The position numbers were made by a program, and so were the translations under genes. DNA of 64,000 nt from an uncultured Candidatus Saccharibacteria bacterium (GTDB lineage: Bacteria; Patescibacteriota; Doudnabacteria; UBA920), in assembly GCA_964532425.1 (NCBI GenBank), contig CAZHIA010000003.1, positions 117,365 to 181,364 on the forward strand. The letters are read 5' to 3'. Below the pieces are notes generated by a model that saw only the letters and a list, made by a program, of their open reading frames with translations, searched no databases and had not been told where the DNA came from. Positions 8,565 to 17,983 of this stretch are shown here, in pieces. Within the stretch, counting starts at the first letter, position 1. Each line of letters starts with the position of its first letter.

Positions 8565-8726
8565 ACTAATATTGTTATTATTTCCCTTCTATGATAATCA
8601 TCGAGTTTCGACCTTATTTACTACCGCTGAATGGACGCTGATTATTACGCTGATTCAACGCTAAAGCTAATCAGCCACCTTTCAACGGTACAAAAAAACT
8701 CGGTTTCCCGAGTACATCGTGCTCTT

Positions 8727-8753
8727 GTAGGGAACGGTCGAGACCGTTCCTAG
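8727..8753. repeat. REP-like unit gtagggaacggtcgagaccgttcctag in the rplJ upstream region.
   Basis: GTAGGG + palindrome AACGGTCGAGACCGTT; same family as 50480, 54771 and 59290. Confidence 0.65.
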
Positions 8754-8966
8754 ATGGGTTTAGATCCATCCCTACAAACACATGTCCTCGGTGGGCGCCT
8801 GCGCGATCTCGCAGTCATTAATCCGCCTCAGGCGGAACCAACTGTCATAGGAGTATTAACCCAGGCACTTATCTGCCTGGTGATTTTATTCGCCTCAACA
8901 CTTAAGTAATAAGTGCCGGGGTGAACTTGCTGAAATTATAGTAAATCCTGAGAAAAACGTCAAGTA

Positions 8967-8995
8967 TTGACAAAAAACAACAATTCTGATATAAT
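8967..8995 (+). promoter_or_regulatory. Consensus sigma70-type promoter: TTGACA-17-TATAAT.
   Basis: TTGACA at 8967-8972, a 17-nt spacer, TATAAT at 8990-8995, then an AGGAGG SD and the ATG at 9023. Confidence 0.7.
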
Positions 8996-9022
8996 AAGGT
9001 TTAACACAGGAGGAATTATACC

Positions 9023-9439
9023 ATGAAAGCTAGCCACAAGCTGGCTCGGTTCGTTCAGGCGAACCTAATTTTCGGGATCAGCATGCTCATTGCTATGCTG
9101 ATGACCCTCACGCCTCTCGTCCTTATCCCAAAGGTCCAGCACGCCGCATTCGTGTCGATCGCGTTTGGAGCCACCGTCGCAGGTCTTTGCGTGTATGCAA
9201 AATCATTCATCCCCGCACACAAGCAAAGCACTAACACGGCCAAGTGGTTTATCTGCATCGCATCGATATCGTTTCGGTCGCTGCTCGGCGTGTATCCCTG
9301 CCTGGTCGTGTCGTTCATTCGGCCAGACCTGGATGCATTTTCACGAGTCTGTATCTGGCTCTTCGTGTATTGGGTGACGGATGATTATCTACCAAGCATC
9401 CGCGAACGCGTTACGGTAGCTGCAAGAACTCAGAACTAG
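9023..9439 (+). CDS. Hypothetical integral membrane protein.
   Basis: Multiple hydrophobic helices; AGGAGG SD. Confidence 0.55.
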   Translation: MKASHKLARFVQANLIFGISMLIAMLMTLTPLVLIPKVQHAAFVSIAFGATVAGLCVYAKSFIPAHKQSTNTAKWFICIASISFRSLLGVYPCLVVSFIRPDLDAFSRVCIWLFVYWVTDDYLPSIRERVTVAARTQN

Positions 9440-9448
9440 GAGAAAATC

Positions 9449-9847
9449 ATGCCGATCAAATTCAATTGGGCAAACAAGTACGACCAGACCTTGTTCTGGG
9501 TCTCGGTCGTCCTGGCGGTGTATGCCGCTGCAACGTGGTACTTCTGGTCTTTCAAGGCCATGATTTTTCTCGGTGCGGTTGTTTGCACCACGCATGCGAT
9601 CAGCTACTACCGTGACAGCGTGCGGGATGTCGATGTGCATCGCATGAAGATGCATCAGTTCCTATCCCGGCTGTTTAAGGCAGCGGCTATCGGCTTTCTG
9701 ATTAGCCTGGGCACCACTATGCTCTGCGTGGCCTTCATGAGCCCCGAGATCTCTGAATGTTGGGGCATGCTTGCCGGTGCAGTGTATGCCTCGAGCAAGT
9801 TCACCAAGGCGCACCAGCACGCCGTATTGCACAAGAACTTCCTGTAG
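9449..9847 (+). CDS. Hypothetical integral membrane protein.
   Basis: SD GGAGAA; four predicted TM segments. Confidence 0.55.
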   Translation: MPIKFNWANKYDQTLFWVSVVLAVYAAATWYFWSFKAMIFLGAVVCTTHAISYYRDSVRDVDVHRMKMHQFLSRLFKAAAIGFLISLGTTMLCVAFMSPEISECWGMLAGAVYASSKFTKAHQHAVLHKNFL

Positions 9848-10002
9848 GAGGCAACAGTGCACGGTCCACTCCCCGCCCTCGGATTGACCATCGTAATCTG
9901 CGTTGGTGCGTGCATGACGTTCGACCGCGACCGGTCTCTCGTGACCCGGCTGGCGGGCATCGCCGTCATGCTTGCCGCTGTGAAGTTTCTTTTCTCCACG
10001 TA

Positions 10003-10035
10003 ACAATCGTGGACATCCGCGAACCTTGCAGGTTC
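10003..10035 (+). terminator. Rho-independent terminator ccgcgaacc-ttgca-ggttcgcgg + TTTTTTT.
   Basis: Seen directly in the sequence. Confidence 0.75.
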
Positions 10036-10119
10036 GCGGATTTTTTTATAATTTGAAATTCGCAATTGTATAATTAATCAGTAAAAAACCGCCCCAAACT
10101 TCGGGACGGTCTATTTTAT

Positions 10120-10566
10120 CTACGCGGCCAAACGGCGCTTGGCGGCGGCTGCAACACGGGCCGGCCATTGTTGAAGCTCAATCAGGCCCATAACCAATTC
10201 GCAGAGTTCCGATTCCGCCAGGCGAAGCGCTTCCAGCTCGTACGCCCGGTCAGGATCCTCGGCCAGGCACTGCGGCATGGTCTTCCCCAGCGGCCAGTCG
10301 GCCTGCTCGCGGGCAAAGAACCAGTTTTCCAGTTCAACTGGAATCCAATCCTCGCTCTGAAACTCCGCCAGCCGGGCTTCGCTCATAGTCATGAGCAGCA
10401 CGCGGTACAGCATTAGCTGCCCATACCGATCGGGATTGCTCCGCAATAGCGGCGCTGCGGCTTCCACGCCTTTTTTCCGAGAATACCACTGCCTTAGCAG
10501 ATCATTCAGGGCAAACACCCTAGCCATCACTTCATCGGGCTCGGTCCAATCGCGCTCGTTTTCCAT
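10120..10566 (-). CDS. Hypothetical protein (148 aa).
   Basis: ORF with a GGGGGAAG SD-like stretch; no recognisable motifs. Confidence 0.5.
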   Translation of the reverse strand: MENERDWTEPDEVMARVFALNDLLRQWYSRKKGVEAAAPLLRSNPDRYGQLMLYRVLLMTMSEARLAEFQSEDWIPVELENWFFAREQADWPLGKTMPQCLAEDPDRAYELEALRLAESELCELVMGLIELQQWPARVAAAAKRRLAA

Positions 10567-10814
10567 TCACTTCCCCCTTTGCTCAACACAGAGATCTGTC
10601 CCTGTACAGGCGGGTCGCGCCTGTCCGCCGAAAGCGGGACCCGCCCGTACAGGACTTACGCGCTTGCCCTAGCGCAAGGCATTTTGTGAGGATTGGCCGA
10701 GCCGTACTGGAGGTACGGTGAGGTCAACCGGAGCAAAATAACGAAGCGATCGGGCAAGCCCTTGTGGTTTCGACTATTATGGTTCCTTTCCGAGTCGAAA
10801 CGCGTAAGTCCTCC

Positions 10815-11414
10815 TCAACCAAAAATAAACTTCGGAATATACGTCACCATCGCTGCCATCTCGCGGATATAATAAAAGGCCAATTCTGATTTTTTGTAAT
10901 ATGAAGGCTTGGGCGAGCTCCAGTACACGGTATCGAACCCTGCCCGCTTGGCAAGAACCACGGCCCGTGCTAGGTGGTACTGATCACTGACAATAATCAC
11001 GCTTTTAACCCCAGGCAAGAGCTCCTTAGAGTCTTTAAGGTTTTCGTATGTATTATGGGAATTGGAATCAAGCAAAGTCGGCACGGACGAGGAAGCGTTC
11101 TTGCGAATGACTTTCTGCATGTATTCAGCTTCGGAAATGTCCTTGTCCGAGACCCGGCCACCGGAACAAACAATCATGTCCGCTTTCCCCTGCTGGTACA
11201 GCTTGAGTCCTTGCAGGCTCCGGTTGTACAGAGCCGGGGTATTAATAGCCGCCCCAAGGACAATAATGGCGTCGGACTTTTGCGGTTCCGGCCGGTAAAA
11301 AGAAAAAAAGAGCACTATGGCCGCATCAATTATGGCAAGGGTAAACAGGGTAACTGCAATATACTTATACAGTTGCCACCAGAATTTCAGTTTTAACCCT
11401 TTTTTGAAAGCCAT
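10815..11414 (-). CDS. DUF218 (YdcF/SanA/ElyC-like) membrane-anchored protein.
   Basis: N-terminal TM helix plus the DUF218 core AIIVLGAAINTP...MIVCSGG...SNSHNTYENL...IIVSDQYHLARA. Confidence 0.75.
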   Translation of the reverse strand: MAFKKGLKLKFWWQLYKYIAVTLFTLAIIDAAIVLFFSFYRPEPQKSDAIIVLGAAINTPALYNRSLQGLKLYQQGKADMIVCSGGRVSDKDISEAEYMQKVIRKNASSSVPTLLDSNSHNTYENLKDSKELLPGVKSVIIVSDQYHLARAVVLAKRAGFDTVYWSSPKPSYYKKSELAFYYIREMAAMVTYIPKFIFG

Positions 11415-11474
11415 GGGATTATTATACCTTACTCTGAAAATAATTTACACTTGAGGGAACCGAACTCCTTATTC

Positions 11475-11558
11475 GGGCGGGTCACGACCCACCCCTACAG
11501 AATTATGCTCCCTATGGGATTCATGTTCCCTGTAGGGGCGGTTATCAACCGCCCTGCA
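11475..11558. repeat. Cluster of two REP-like units (gggcgggtcacgacccacccctacag ... cctgtaggggcggttatcaaccgccctgcac).
   Basis: Inverted GTAGGG/CCCTAC ends with inner palindromes. Further hairpins follow at 11566-11590 and 11615-11650 (cctgcctgccggcaggcagg). Confidence 0.7.
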
Positions 11559-11751
11559 CCCCCTTCGTCCGCTTCGGCGGACAAGTCGGCAGTTCATTGA
11601 ACCACCCAACATCCGCCTTCGCATAAACCTGCCTGCCGGCAGGCAGGGCTACGGCGGATTGTTCTCTATAATTCTTTAGCCTTCGGCTAAATTTATCTAA
11701 GGAGAACAAAAAAGAACCCGCCAACGTGGGCAGGTTATAAAAGGGCCATCC

Positions 11752-12270
11752 TTAGTTGATCAGTTTCCGCTCGCGCAGGTGCGCATACAGTCTTTCGTAC
11801 TCCTCAGGATGAGGTTGGATGGTTTTCGGTTTTGCTTTTCGACGATGGCGTACAGTGTCCCCTGCTGGTTTTGGTTGGCTGTCCGGCTCACGGGCGCCGG
11901 CTGCAGTCTGAACAACACTCGGAGAGACTGGCGGGTGGACCGGAATAAACTTCTGTTCGGACGGAACCACGGCTTGTTGCTGATCCTTGCCATTCCCGGC
12001 TTTGACCAGCTTAATTTGCAATTCAGGAAAATCCTGGATTTGCCACAGAGACTGGCGGATAAGCTTCCAACTGTTCTCATTCAGCCGAGTGAACCTGGTC
12101 TGTGACCCGCGGATAACACCGCCGGGGATACCGCACAACCGATGGACCTCGGCAAAAATACTGTCTAAGGTATACTGCTTTTGTAGCTGGTCTATGAGTT
12201 GCCAGGCCTCTTGCTCAACCTTAGACCGCTCAGTCATAGGGGGAGGGCTGTAATCATCGAAATTACTCAT
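11752..12270 (-). CDS. Hypothetical protein (about 172 aa).
   Basis: SD GAAGGAGG 5 nt before the ATG (MSNFDDY). Confidence 0.5.
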   Translation of the reverse strand: MSNFDDYSPPPMTERSKVEQEAWQLIDQLQKQYTLDSIFAEVHRLCGIPGGVIRGSQTRFTRLNENSWKLIRQSLWQIQDFPELQIKLVKAGNGKDQQQAVVPSEQKFIPVHPPVSPSVVQTAAGAREPDSQPKPAGDTVRHRRKAKPKTIQPHPEEYERLYAHLRERKLIN

Positions 12271-12408
12271 ATATCCTCCTTCATAACTACCATAGCCGGA
12301 CTTATGGCTGATTGTCAATCGTTCCCCTCCATGGTCCCCATGGAGGGAAATAAAAACGCCCGCTCGGTGTTGCCTTGAGCGGGCGTTCGTTGTACTCGAG
12401 TGAGCGAG

Positions 12409-13035
12409 CTAGTCCCAGTACGCTCCGGGATTGCGCCAGTCGGGATAGTGGGCATCCAGCCATTCCACGGCCAGCTGGTTTGTCACCTCGCTGGTTTCCC
12501 AGCTCCGTTCCTTGTTTGTGGGGATCGGTTCCGTGCTGAAAATCACTTGGCCACAATCCGTGACATTGGAGACGCCGACGCCCTCCTTTTCGCTGCGGTT
12601 GTAGTCGAATGCCACGCCGTAACGGGTGTCGAGCCGCATGTGTGCACTGCGATCGTAGAAGGCTGCCTTGTAAAAGATGGCTGCGCGGACGCGGCCTTTG
12701 TCATCCACAAGGTTGGACCACATGGAATGGTCGGTTGGAACCTTCTTCCACCCGGCGGGAAGTTCGACATACTGGAACATGGGGTCGCCTTTGACCACAC
12801 TGCCGAATTTTACTCCGGCCGCTTCGAGGATTGCCTTCGCGTTATATTTGGAAACGCGACCCATGTCCGTGGGAAGGGTTGTGCTATTCACCAATTCGCG
12901 CTGGCCTTGTGCCTCCTGAAACTCGAGAGCGTCATTTGTTCCGACTAATAAGGCGTCCATGACCACCCCCAAAGCATCATCAGGTGTGAGACGCGCTGTA
13001 TTTTTTGGAGCACGCTTACCACTCTTTTCTTCCAT
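12409..13035 (-). CDS. Hypothetical protein (208 aa).
   Basis: SD GGGAGG before the MEEKSGK start. Confidence 0.55.
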   Translation of the reverse strand: MEEKSGKRAPKNTARLTPDDALGVVMDALLVGTNDALEFQEAQGQRELVNSTTLPTDMGRVSKYNAKAILEAAGVKFGSVVKGDPMFQYVELPAGWKKVPTDHSMWSNLVDDKGRVRAAIFYKAAFYDRSAHMRLDTRYGVAFDYNRSEKEGVGVSNVTDCGQVIFSTEPIPTNKERSWETSEVTNQLAVEWLDAHYPDWRNPGAYWD

Positions 13036-13214
13036 TCTATTACCTCCCTTCGGTTGTACCGCACTCTACTACATCCGGGTTCGTTCATTCAGCAGTCCAT
13101 TTCCCGGCACCAACACTGACCATATATAATCATATATTCGAAAGTACTTGTCAACAGCCACGAAAATACCACCGTGCAGGTGGTATTATTTATGACTGAT
13201 ATTATCGAACAATA

Positions 13215-13670
13215 TTAGTAAGCCTTTTTCTCAAGAATCTTTTTGAGCTGGTCAATGACTGCCTTTTCCCAGTACTTCATGGAATACCAGCGTATGAGCG
13301 GCACGGCAATTATACGGAGCCATTTTTTGTGGATGGTGACCTGGTAGGTGTAGTTGATCAGAGTTCCCTGTTCGTGTGGAGAAAGCAGTAGCTCTTCATG
13401 CCCGGAAGTCCCAAATTGGTAACTGTCGTTGTCTGAAACGAAACCTTTCCCCGGAAGAATGTGAGTCTTCATTCTCACCTGAAAGTTTCTACCGAATGAC
13501 CGCACCGTCGCTTCCATCTCCAAATAATCCCCTTCCCGCTTATCAACCCGTATCGACTCAGCCACCTTAGGAAAATTCTCCGGAAACTTTTCGAAGTCGG
13601 TCATTATATTAAACACATCAGCTAGAGGAGCCCTCACAACCCATTGTTTACGAAGCGTTATGTCGTGCAT
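13215..13670 (-). CDS. SRPBCC (START/polyketide cyclase-like) family protein.
   Basis: About 150 aa; WVVRAPLADVFNIMTDFEKFPENFPKV N-terminus typical of SRPBCC proteins. Confidence 0.55.
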   Translation of the reverse strand: MHDITLRKQWVVRAPLADVFNIMTDFEKFPENFPKVAESIRVDKREGDYLEMEATVRSFGRNFQVRMKTHILPGKGFVSDNDSYQFGTSGHEELLLSPHEQGTLINYTYQVTIHKKWLRIIAVPLIRWYSMKYWEKAVIDQLKKILEKKAY

Positions 13671-13834
13671 GATTTTATTCGGTCACAATACTCTTTTATT
13701 TCGCCTCAAATATACCACATTCGGCTAAAAACTACCACAGTATAAGAAGATTATCTTTGTATGATTTAATGCAGACAGCATTGACAAAAAACAAAATTTT
13801 TGATACTTTGTCGTGTTAAGGAGGAATAGGTATC

Positions 13835-14287
13835 ATGCCGAATACGGTCCACGTGAGCACAAAGACTTCCTTTTTTGATAACCTGGGAGGATCTTCTATC
13901 GAAGGGAATCCTCAATATCCATTTCGGCTGCGAGTCCTCGTCGCCGGTTACCGGGTCACCCCTCGCCACTCAATGTTCGAGTACTTCCGCGAGCTCGGAA
14001 TGAACCAGATCCCCGACATTCTGTACCACAAGAGGTTAAAAGGCAAGGATCTGAACTTCGATTTTGTTTTCCCAGAGCGCTGGATGTCGGTTCACGAGCA
14101 GTCACTATTCATTCACCGGCTCGAGACCCACCCGGACGTCGCTAAGATCAAAAGCGTCAGCATCATCACCCAAAACGCTCTCATCGTTGGCAATATCAAG
14201 CAAGGAAGTCTGGCCATGTTTCAGCTCCCAGAAGGTGACCCCGAAGCTGGAATTATGCAGCAGGACATCCCTGTGCCGACTCGCTAG
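13835..14287 (+). CDS. Hypothetical protein (150 aa).
   Basis: Promoter TTGACA-17-TACTTT at 13781-13809; AAGGAGG SD. Confidence 0.5.
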   Translation: MPNTVHVSTKTSFFDNLGGSSIEGNPQYPFRLRVLVAGYRVTPRHSMFEYFRELGMNQIPDILYHKRLKGKDLNFDFVFPERWMSVHEQSLFIHRLETHPDVAKIKSVSIITQNALIVGNIKQGSLAMFQLPEGDPEAGIMQQDIPVPTR

Positions 14288-14542
14288 TCATACACCCGCA
14301 CCGCGGCACCTTTTCTGGTGCCGCGGTCTTCTTATACCAAGACCATCTCCGATAACGACAATAATCGCTTATTTAAAAATAGATATTGTAGTTAAACTTG
14401 ACATTATTTATAAAATATGCTATACTTAGAAATTACCATAAACATGGTAACTCGGTAAGCATGGAAAGCCAGACACGCACTTCTCTTCGGCAAGCCTCTG
14501 ATTCCAAGTGGCAAAGCAGTAGCTTGGAACAAGCAGGAAGAG

Positions 14543-15211
14543 ATGAGGTTGGTAATGTTCACAGTTTTTCATTTGACTTCCGGCCACCACTTCGCTTTTT
14601 CAGCGAAGGAACTGGACGAGCTGAGAGAAAAGCTTGACACGTATGGCATGATCAACGATGGCGACACTTATGCCATCATGCAAGATGGCAAGCCCTATCA
14701 GCTCTGGGTCAAAGCCAGCTACGTGTCCATCCGCGACGATTACAAAGGCATGGATGGGTACCAGGGTTGGTTCCCGATGAGCCGCCGGAAGTGGGACACG
14801 CGCAAAGGTGAATTCACCACGGAAACCTACAAGGTGCCCGTGGCGATGTTCACCGGCAGTGTCGGCCACATCTACGGCACGTTCGGCGACGGAACTCCAC
14901 GCGAAGTCGAAGTGGATGGCATCCGTTACCGCATCGAGAATGTCTGCGGTAATCGGCACGTGTTCACGCTCGACGGGACGTGGCTCGGCGACTTCATCAC
15001 CCTATCGGATTCGGAGGGGTGGTACAAAGAAATCCACTCCGTTCGAAAGCCCACGCCGGCAACCTACACGTCGCCTAAGATAGAATTCTACCCCATTAGC
15101 TGGCGATATGGCAATCGCAGCAGTGAGGTCAAGTGGGCAAGCTCCGAGAAGGGTGCCGTTCGTCTGATTGTCAAACTCGTTAAGGAGTTTGCACAAGCCG
15201 CTGCGAAGTAA
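14543..15211 (+). CDS. Hypothetical protein (about 220 aa).
   Basis: ORF with an SD (AGGAAGAG); terminator at 15291-15339. Confidence 0.5.
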   Translation: MRLVMFTVFHLTSGHHFAFSAKELDELREKLDTYGMINDGDTYAIMQDGKPYQLWVKASYVSIRDDYKGMDGYQGWFPMSRRKWDTRKGEFTTETYKVPVAMFTGSVGHIYGTFGDGTPREVEVDGIRYRIENVCGNRHVFTLDGTWLGDFITLSDSEGWYKEIHSVRKPTPATYTSPKIEFYPISWRYGNRSSEVKWASSEKGAVRLIVKLVKEFAQAAAK

Positions 15212-15290
15212 ACTATTTCCGTTAGTCAGGCCGAGATAAACTGGCACATACTGTCAAAATAGACAGGAGGAAGTTTGAACAAAAACCTGA

Positions 15291-15339
15291 AGAGCACGAT
15301 GACCCGCACATTTACTGCGGTCTCGTGCTCTTTCTTTTT
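15291..15339 (+). terminator. Rho-independent terminator (agagcacga...tcgtgctct + TTTCTTTTTA).
   Basis: Long hairpin followed by a T-run. Confidence 0.65.
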
Positions 15340-15467
15340 ATGAAAATTTGTTTTACAAAGATTATCTTTGTAAATATTATTTTCGTAAAGCTCATAATAT
15401 ATGAAGTGACTCCCCGGTTGAAAAATTTGGTTACTTGTGTTAGTCATGTACGAAGATGTACGAAGAT

Positions 15468-15527
15468 AATCTTTGCATGGGGACCTTTGTAAATACAAAA
15501 TCACCAACCGACCGGTTGGTGATTTTG
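15468..15527. repeat. Uninterrupted copy of the 60-bp sequence (segments A+B) that is split by the tRNA-Gln gene at 17174-17366.
   Basis: atctttgcatggggacctttgtaaatacaaaa + tcaccaaccgaccggttggtgattttgt. It is 30/32 identical to 17174-17205 and 33/34 identical to 17333-17366. Confidence 0.75.
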
Positions 15528-15913
15528 TGGCTGGCCTTATGGGACGATGTTCGAACAGCTTTAACTTTAAAAATTACAGCGAAGTAACTGCAAGAATACA
15601 GTTAAGCCACGGTAATTAGTTGATTAGAGAGTCTTGCGAACTAACTTTGATTTCTGTTTCGATATTGTTTTCAGGGTTTGTGTTTTCACCAGACAAGAAG
15701 GTTATTCCAAGGTCAAGAAACTTTTGGATAACCTCTTTGCTAGGAAGACGCAATTTTGACCATTCAGAACAGTGTATTATCATTCTGAGCGGCTCTCCTA
15801 TGAGTTCGAAGGCTTTTGTTTCTTGCAGTTACTTCTTAATAATATTATACACCGATTTACATTTGTAATAAAAAATTACATGCTTAAACAAAAGGAATAT
15901 TAGCTTAGAATAT

Positions 15914-16432
15914 ATGTTATATGCTTTTTTGATCGTTTTAGTAATATTATTGATTTATATAATATTTCGCTACGGCCCTCTAATTGAAAAGTTTGCAAAT
16001 AAAGTCCTCAATAATACAGAGCCGACATTGTATCCTCTATTCGAGAAATGGAGAATTATTCAAGTTCAGCAACACTTAAATGACTTACAGACTAAGTATA
16101 ATTACTATTCCCAGGAATTAACAACTAATGATAATTTTCGCCAAGATACTCCTTACACACCAACAAAAGAGGAATTGGGAATTATCATAGGCTTCTTTGA
16201 AACGAAAGCAGCCTATGAATATGAAAAAGAATTTTATAATTTTATGATCGAATCTAATGCTTCGATAATAAATTCAAAATCTAAAATTACTGAAATAGAA
16301 AAACAATGGACCGATCTTTCTATCCAAGGTTCCATCTCAAGAGCTGTTAAAATTGAAAAAGATATTACCACTTTCGTTGATATGCTAAAGAACCCTGAAA
16401 AGAAGAATCGTGTCGAAGATGCATCAGTATAA
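15914..16432 (+). CDS. Hypothetical membrane-anchored protein in a low-GC segment.
   Basis: N-terminal TM helix; AT-rich codon usage distinct from the surrounding DNA. Confidence 0.45.
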   Translation: MLYAFLIVLVILLIYIIFRYGPLIEKFANKVLNNTEPTLYPLFEKWRIIQVQQHLNDLQTKYNYYSQELTTNDNFRQDTPYTPTKEELGIIIGFFETKAAYEYEKEFYNFMIESNASIINSKSKITEIEKQWTDLSIQGSISRAVKIEKDITTFVDMLKNPEKKNRVEDASV

Positions 16433-16591
16433 TACAAAAATTTCTACAGAACCCGCACAATTTACACTGTACACAATTGCTTCCAACTAGAGAAATTAAC
16501 CATGTAGAATGATTTTTAAACGAAGGTGACCTTTGCATGGGGATGGCAAATAAAAAAGGGACACCTTTTACAGTGCCCCGGGGGGTTTTGC

Positions 16592-17080
16592 TTACTTGAA
16601 CTCCCAAGCTTGCAGTCGAGCCGGCAGGTCGTCGACGCCGGCCAGGACGATATCACGGAGTTGTCCGAGCATAAGACTCAACTTGTGATCGAGAGTATTC
16701 GGCAAACGAACACCGAACATGTTCTCCCGCCCGTAATGATCAACGGAATGAAAGCCGATGGTGAGGTCGTTGTTTGTATTTCCGTTGTACCAAATGTCGA
16801 CCATTAAACCGTGCTTCTTTTTGTCATCGTGAGTCATTACTTGCACACCGAATCGTCCGCCGGGATAGAGCATGAGCTTGACGGGGTTGATGTGACAGAT
16901 GATCGTGTCCTCGTCACTTTCCACCATGACCGGATTTTTCCGAACGAACTCGGGCAGGTCATCTGCCAAGCCTCGAACCAGCAGCATGCCTAGATATGAA
17001 GTATCGAACGTTCGCTCGATTTCTGCGTAAAATCCAGGGTACAAAGCACCTCGCAAGTTTGCTTCTTGAACCAAGTTCAC
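16592..17080 (-). CDS. Hypothetical protein (about 162 aa).
   Basis: AAGGAGG SD before a GTG start (VNLVQEANL). Confidence 0.45.
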   Translation of the reverse strand: MNLVQEANLRGALYPGFYAEIERTFDTSYLGMLLVRGLADDLPEFVRKNPVMVESDEDTIICHINPVKLMLYPGGRFGVQVMTHDDKKKHGLMVDIWYNGNTNNDLTIGFHSVDHYGRENMFGVRLPNTLDHKLSLMLGQLRDIVLAGVDDLPARLQAWEFK

Positions 17081-17173
17081 AGCTTGCCTCCTTTTGTCTT
17101 GGTAGACAGCGTATAATATCAAGAATTGATAAAGTTATCAAGGGGTTGTTTTGCAGGGGGGCATACGATGATG

Positions 17174-17205
17174 TCCTTTGCATGGGGACCTTTGTAAATA
17201 CAAAA
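17174..17205. repeat. Segment A copy (tcctttgcatggggacctttgtaaatacaaaa) upstream of the tRNA-Gln.
   Basis: Direct repeat of 15468-15499; a partial third copy (cctttgcatgggga) lies at 16528-16541. Confidence 0.75.
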
Positions 17206-17214
17206 CCATCCTTG

Positions 17215-17243
17215 TTGAAAGATTTTGCTGGTTATGTTAGAAT
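17215..17243 (+). promoter_or_regulatory. Putative tRNA-Gln promoter TTGAAA-17-TAGAAT.
   Basis: -35 at 17215-17220, a 17-nt spacer, -10 at 17238-17243, about 15 nt before the mature tRNA 5' end. Confidence 0.5.
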
Positions 17244-17258
17244 TATCCTGCTGTCCGT

Positions 17259-17333
17259 TGGGGTGTAGCCAAGCGGTAAGGCAAGCGGCTCTGAACCGCT
17301 CATTCCTAGGTTCGAATCCTAGCACCCCAGCCA
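17259..17333 (+). tRNA. tRNA-Gln (anticodon CUG), 75 nt, with an encoded CCA.
   Basis: Cloverleaf with a 7-bp acceptor stem UGGGGUG/CACCCCA and an anticodon loop CUCUGAA. It is near-identical in layout to E. coli tRNA-Gln (GCCAAGCGGUAAGGC D-arm, GGUUCGAAUCC T-arm). Confidence 0.9.
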
Positions 17334-17381
17334 CAAAATCACCAACCGATCGGTTGGTGATTTTGTATTTGCAAAGGTCCC
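17333..17381. repeat. Segment B copy (34-bp perfect palindrome acaaaatcaccaaccgatcggttggtgattttgt) followed by an inverted copy of the segment A core (atttgcaaaggtccc).
   Basis: Matches 15494-15527. It may act as the tRNA terminator hairpin. Confidence 0.75.
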
Positions 17382-17430
17382 GTATTACTATAACGCACTC
17401 AAAAAATAAAAACCCTGCCCTCAGGCAAGG

Positions 17431-17892
17431 TTAGGCGGCGCGGCGTAAGGGTGCCGGGGCGCGCGAATGTTTTTTCTTCATTAGTACCAGCTCGCAGCGG
17501 CCATAGTCTTCGTCGAAGTCGTCAAATGGCAGCGGACAACTCGGGAAATGTTTGAAACGGATTTCTATGGCGGTTCTCCGCTCCCAATATTCCCCTACTG
17601 GAACTAGCCAGGTTTCACGCTCATACTCTTCGCCCGAAAAAATGTACGACTCCTCATATCCTTCACAGTAGTAGCAGCGGCGGTCTACCTCGCTTGTGGA
17701 AATTCGATTCCCTAAAAGACGGGGGTAATGGCTGGTATGAAATCTGACCTCGTCCTCCCATACCAGCGGAGCCGGGGCACTCATGGCTTTTGCATGCTCG
17801 CAGTCCGGCAACAAGTGATACCGGCCCCGTGCAACTCTCCTGCTCTTTTGGCCAGGGTAAATGAGGTTGCCGCACCGAATGCAGAAATGCAT
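17431..17892 (-). CDS. Cys-rich (2x CxxC) hypothetical protein, the second gene of a two-gene operon.
   Basis: SD CAGGAGG 7 nt before the ATG (MHFCIRCGN...CYYCEGY). Confidence 0.55.
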   Translation of the reverse strand: MHFCIRCGNLIYPGQKSRRVARGRYHLLPDCEHAKAMSAPAPLVWEDEVRFHTSHYPRLLGNRISTSEVDRRCYYCEGYEESYIFSGEEYERETWLVPVGEYWERRTAIEIRFKHFPSCPLPFDDFDEDYGRCELVLMKKKHSRAPAPLRRAA

Positions 17893-17983
17893 GATACAGT
17901 CCTCCTGTACTGGCACAACGGTAACATAAATAAATATTTTTGCCAAACAAAATGCGCCAGGCGGACCTGGCGCATACAGGACT

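Noticed and set aside
8565-8720. Ribosomal protein L10 leader autoregulatory RNA upstream of rplJ.
   Set aside because: It is plausible by position, but I could not verify the characteristic L10-leader structure by eye, so it is not reported as a feature.
17259-17400. Searched for an integrase or recombinase next to the tRNA-Gln to support an island call.
   Set aside because: None is recognisable within the window; the island interpretation rests only on the repeats and low-GC content and is stated as a hypothesis.
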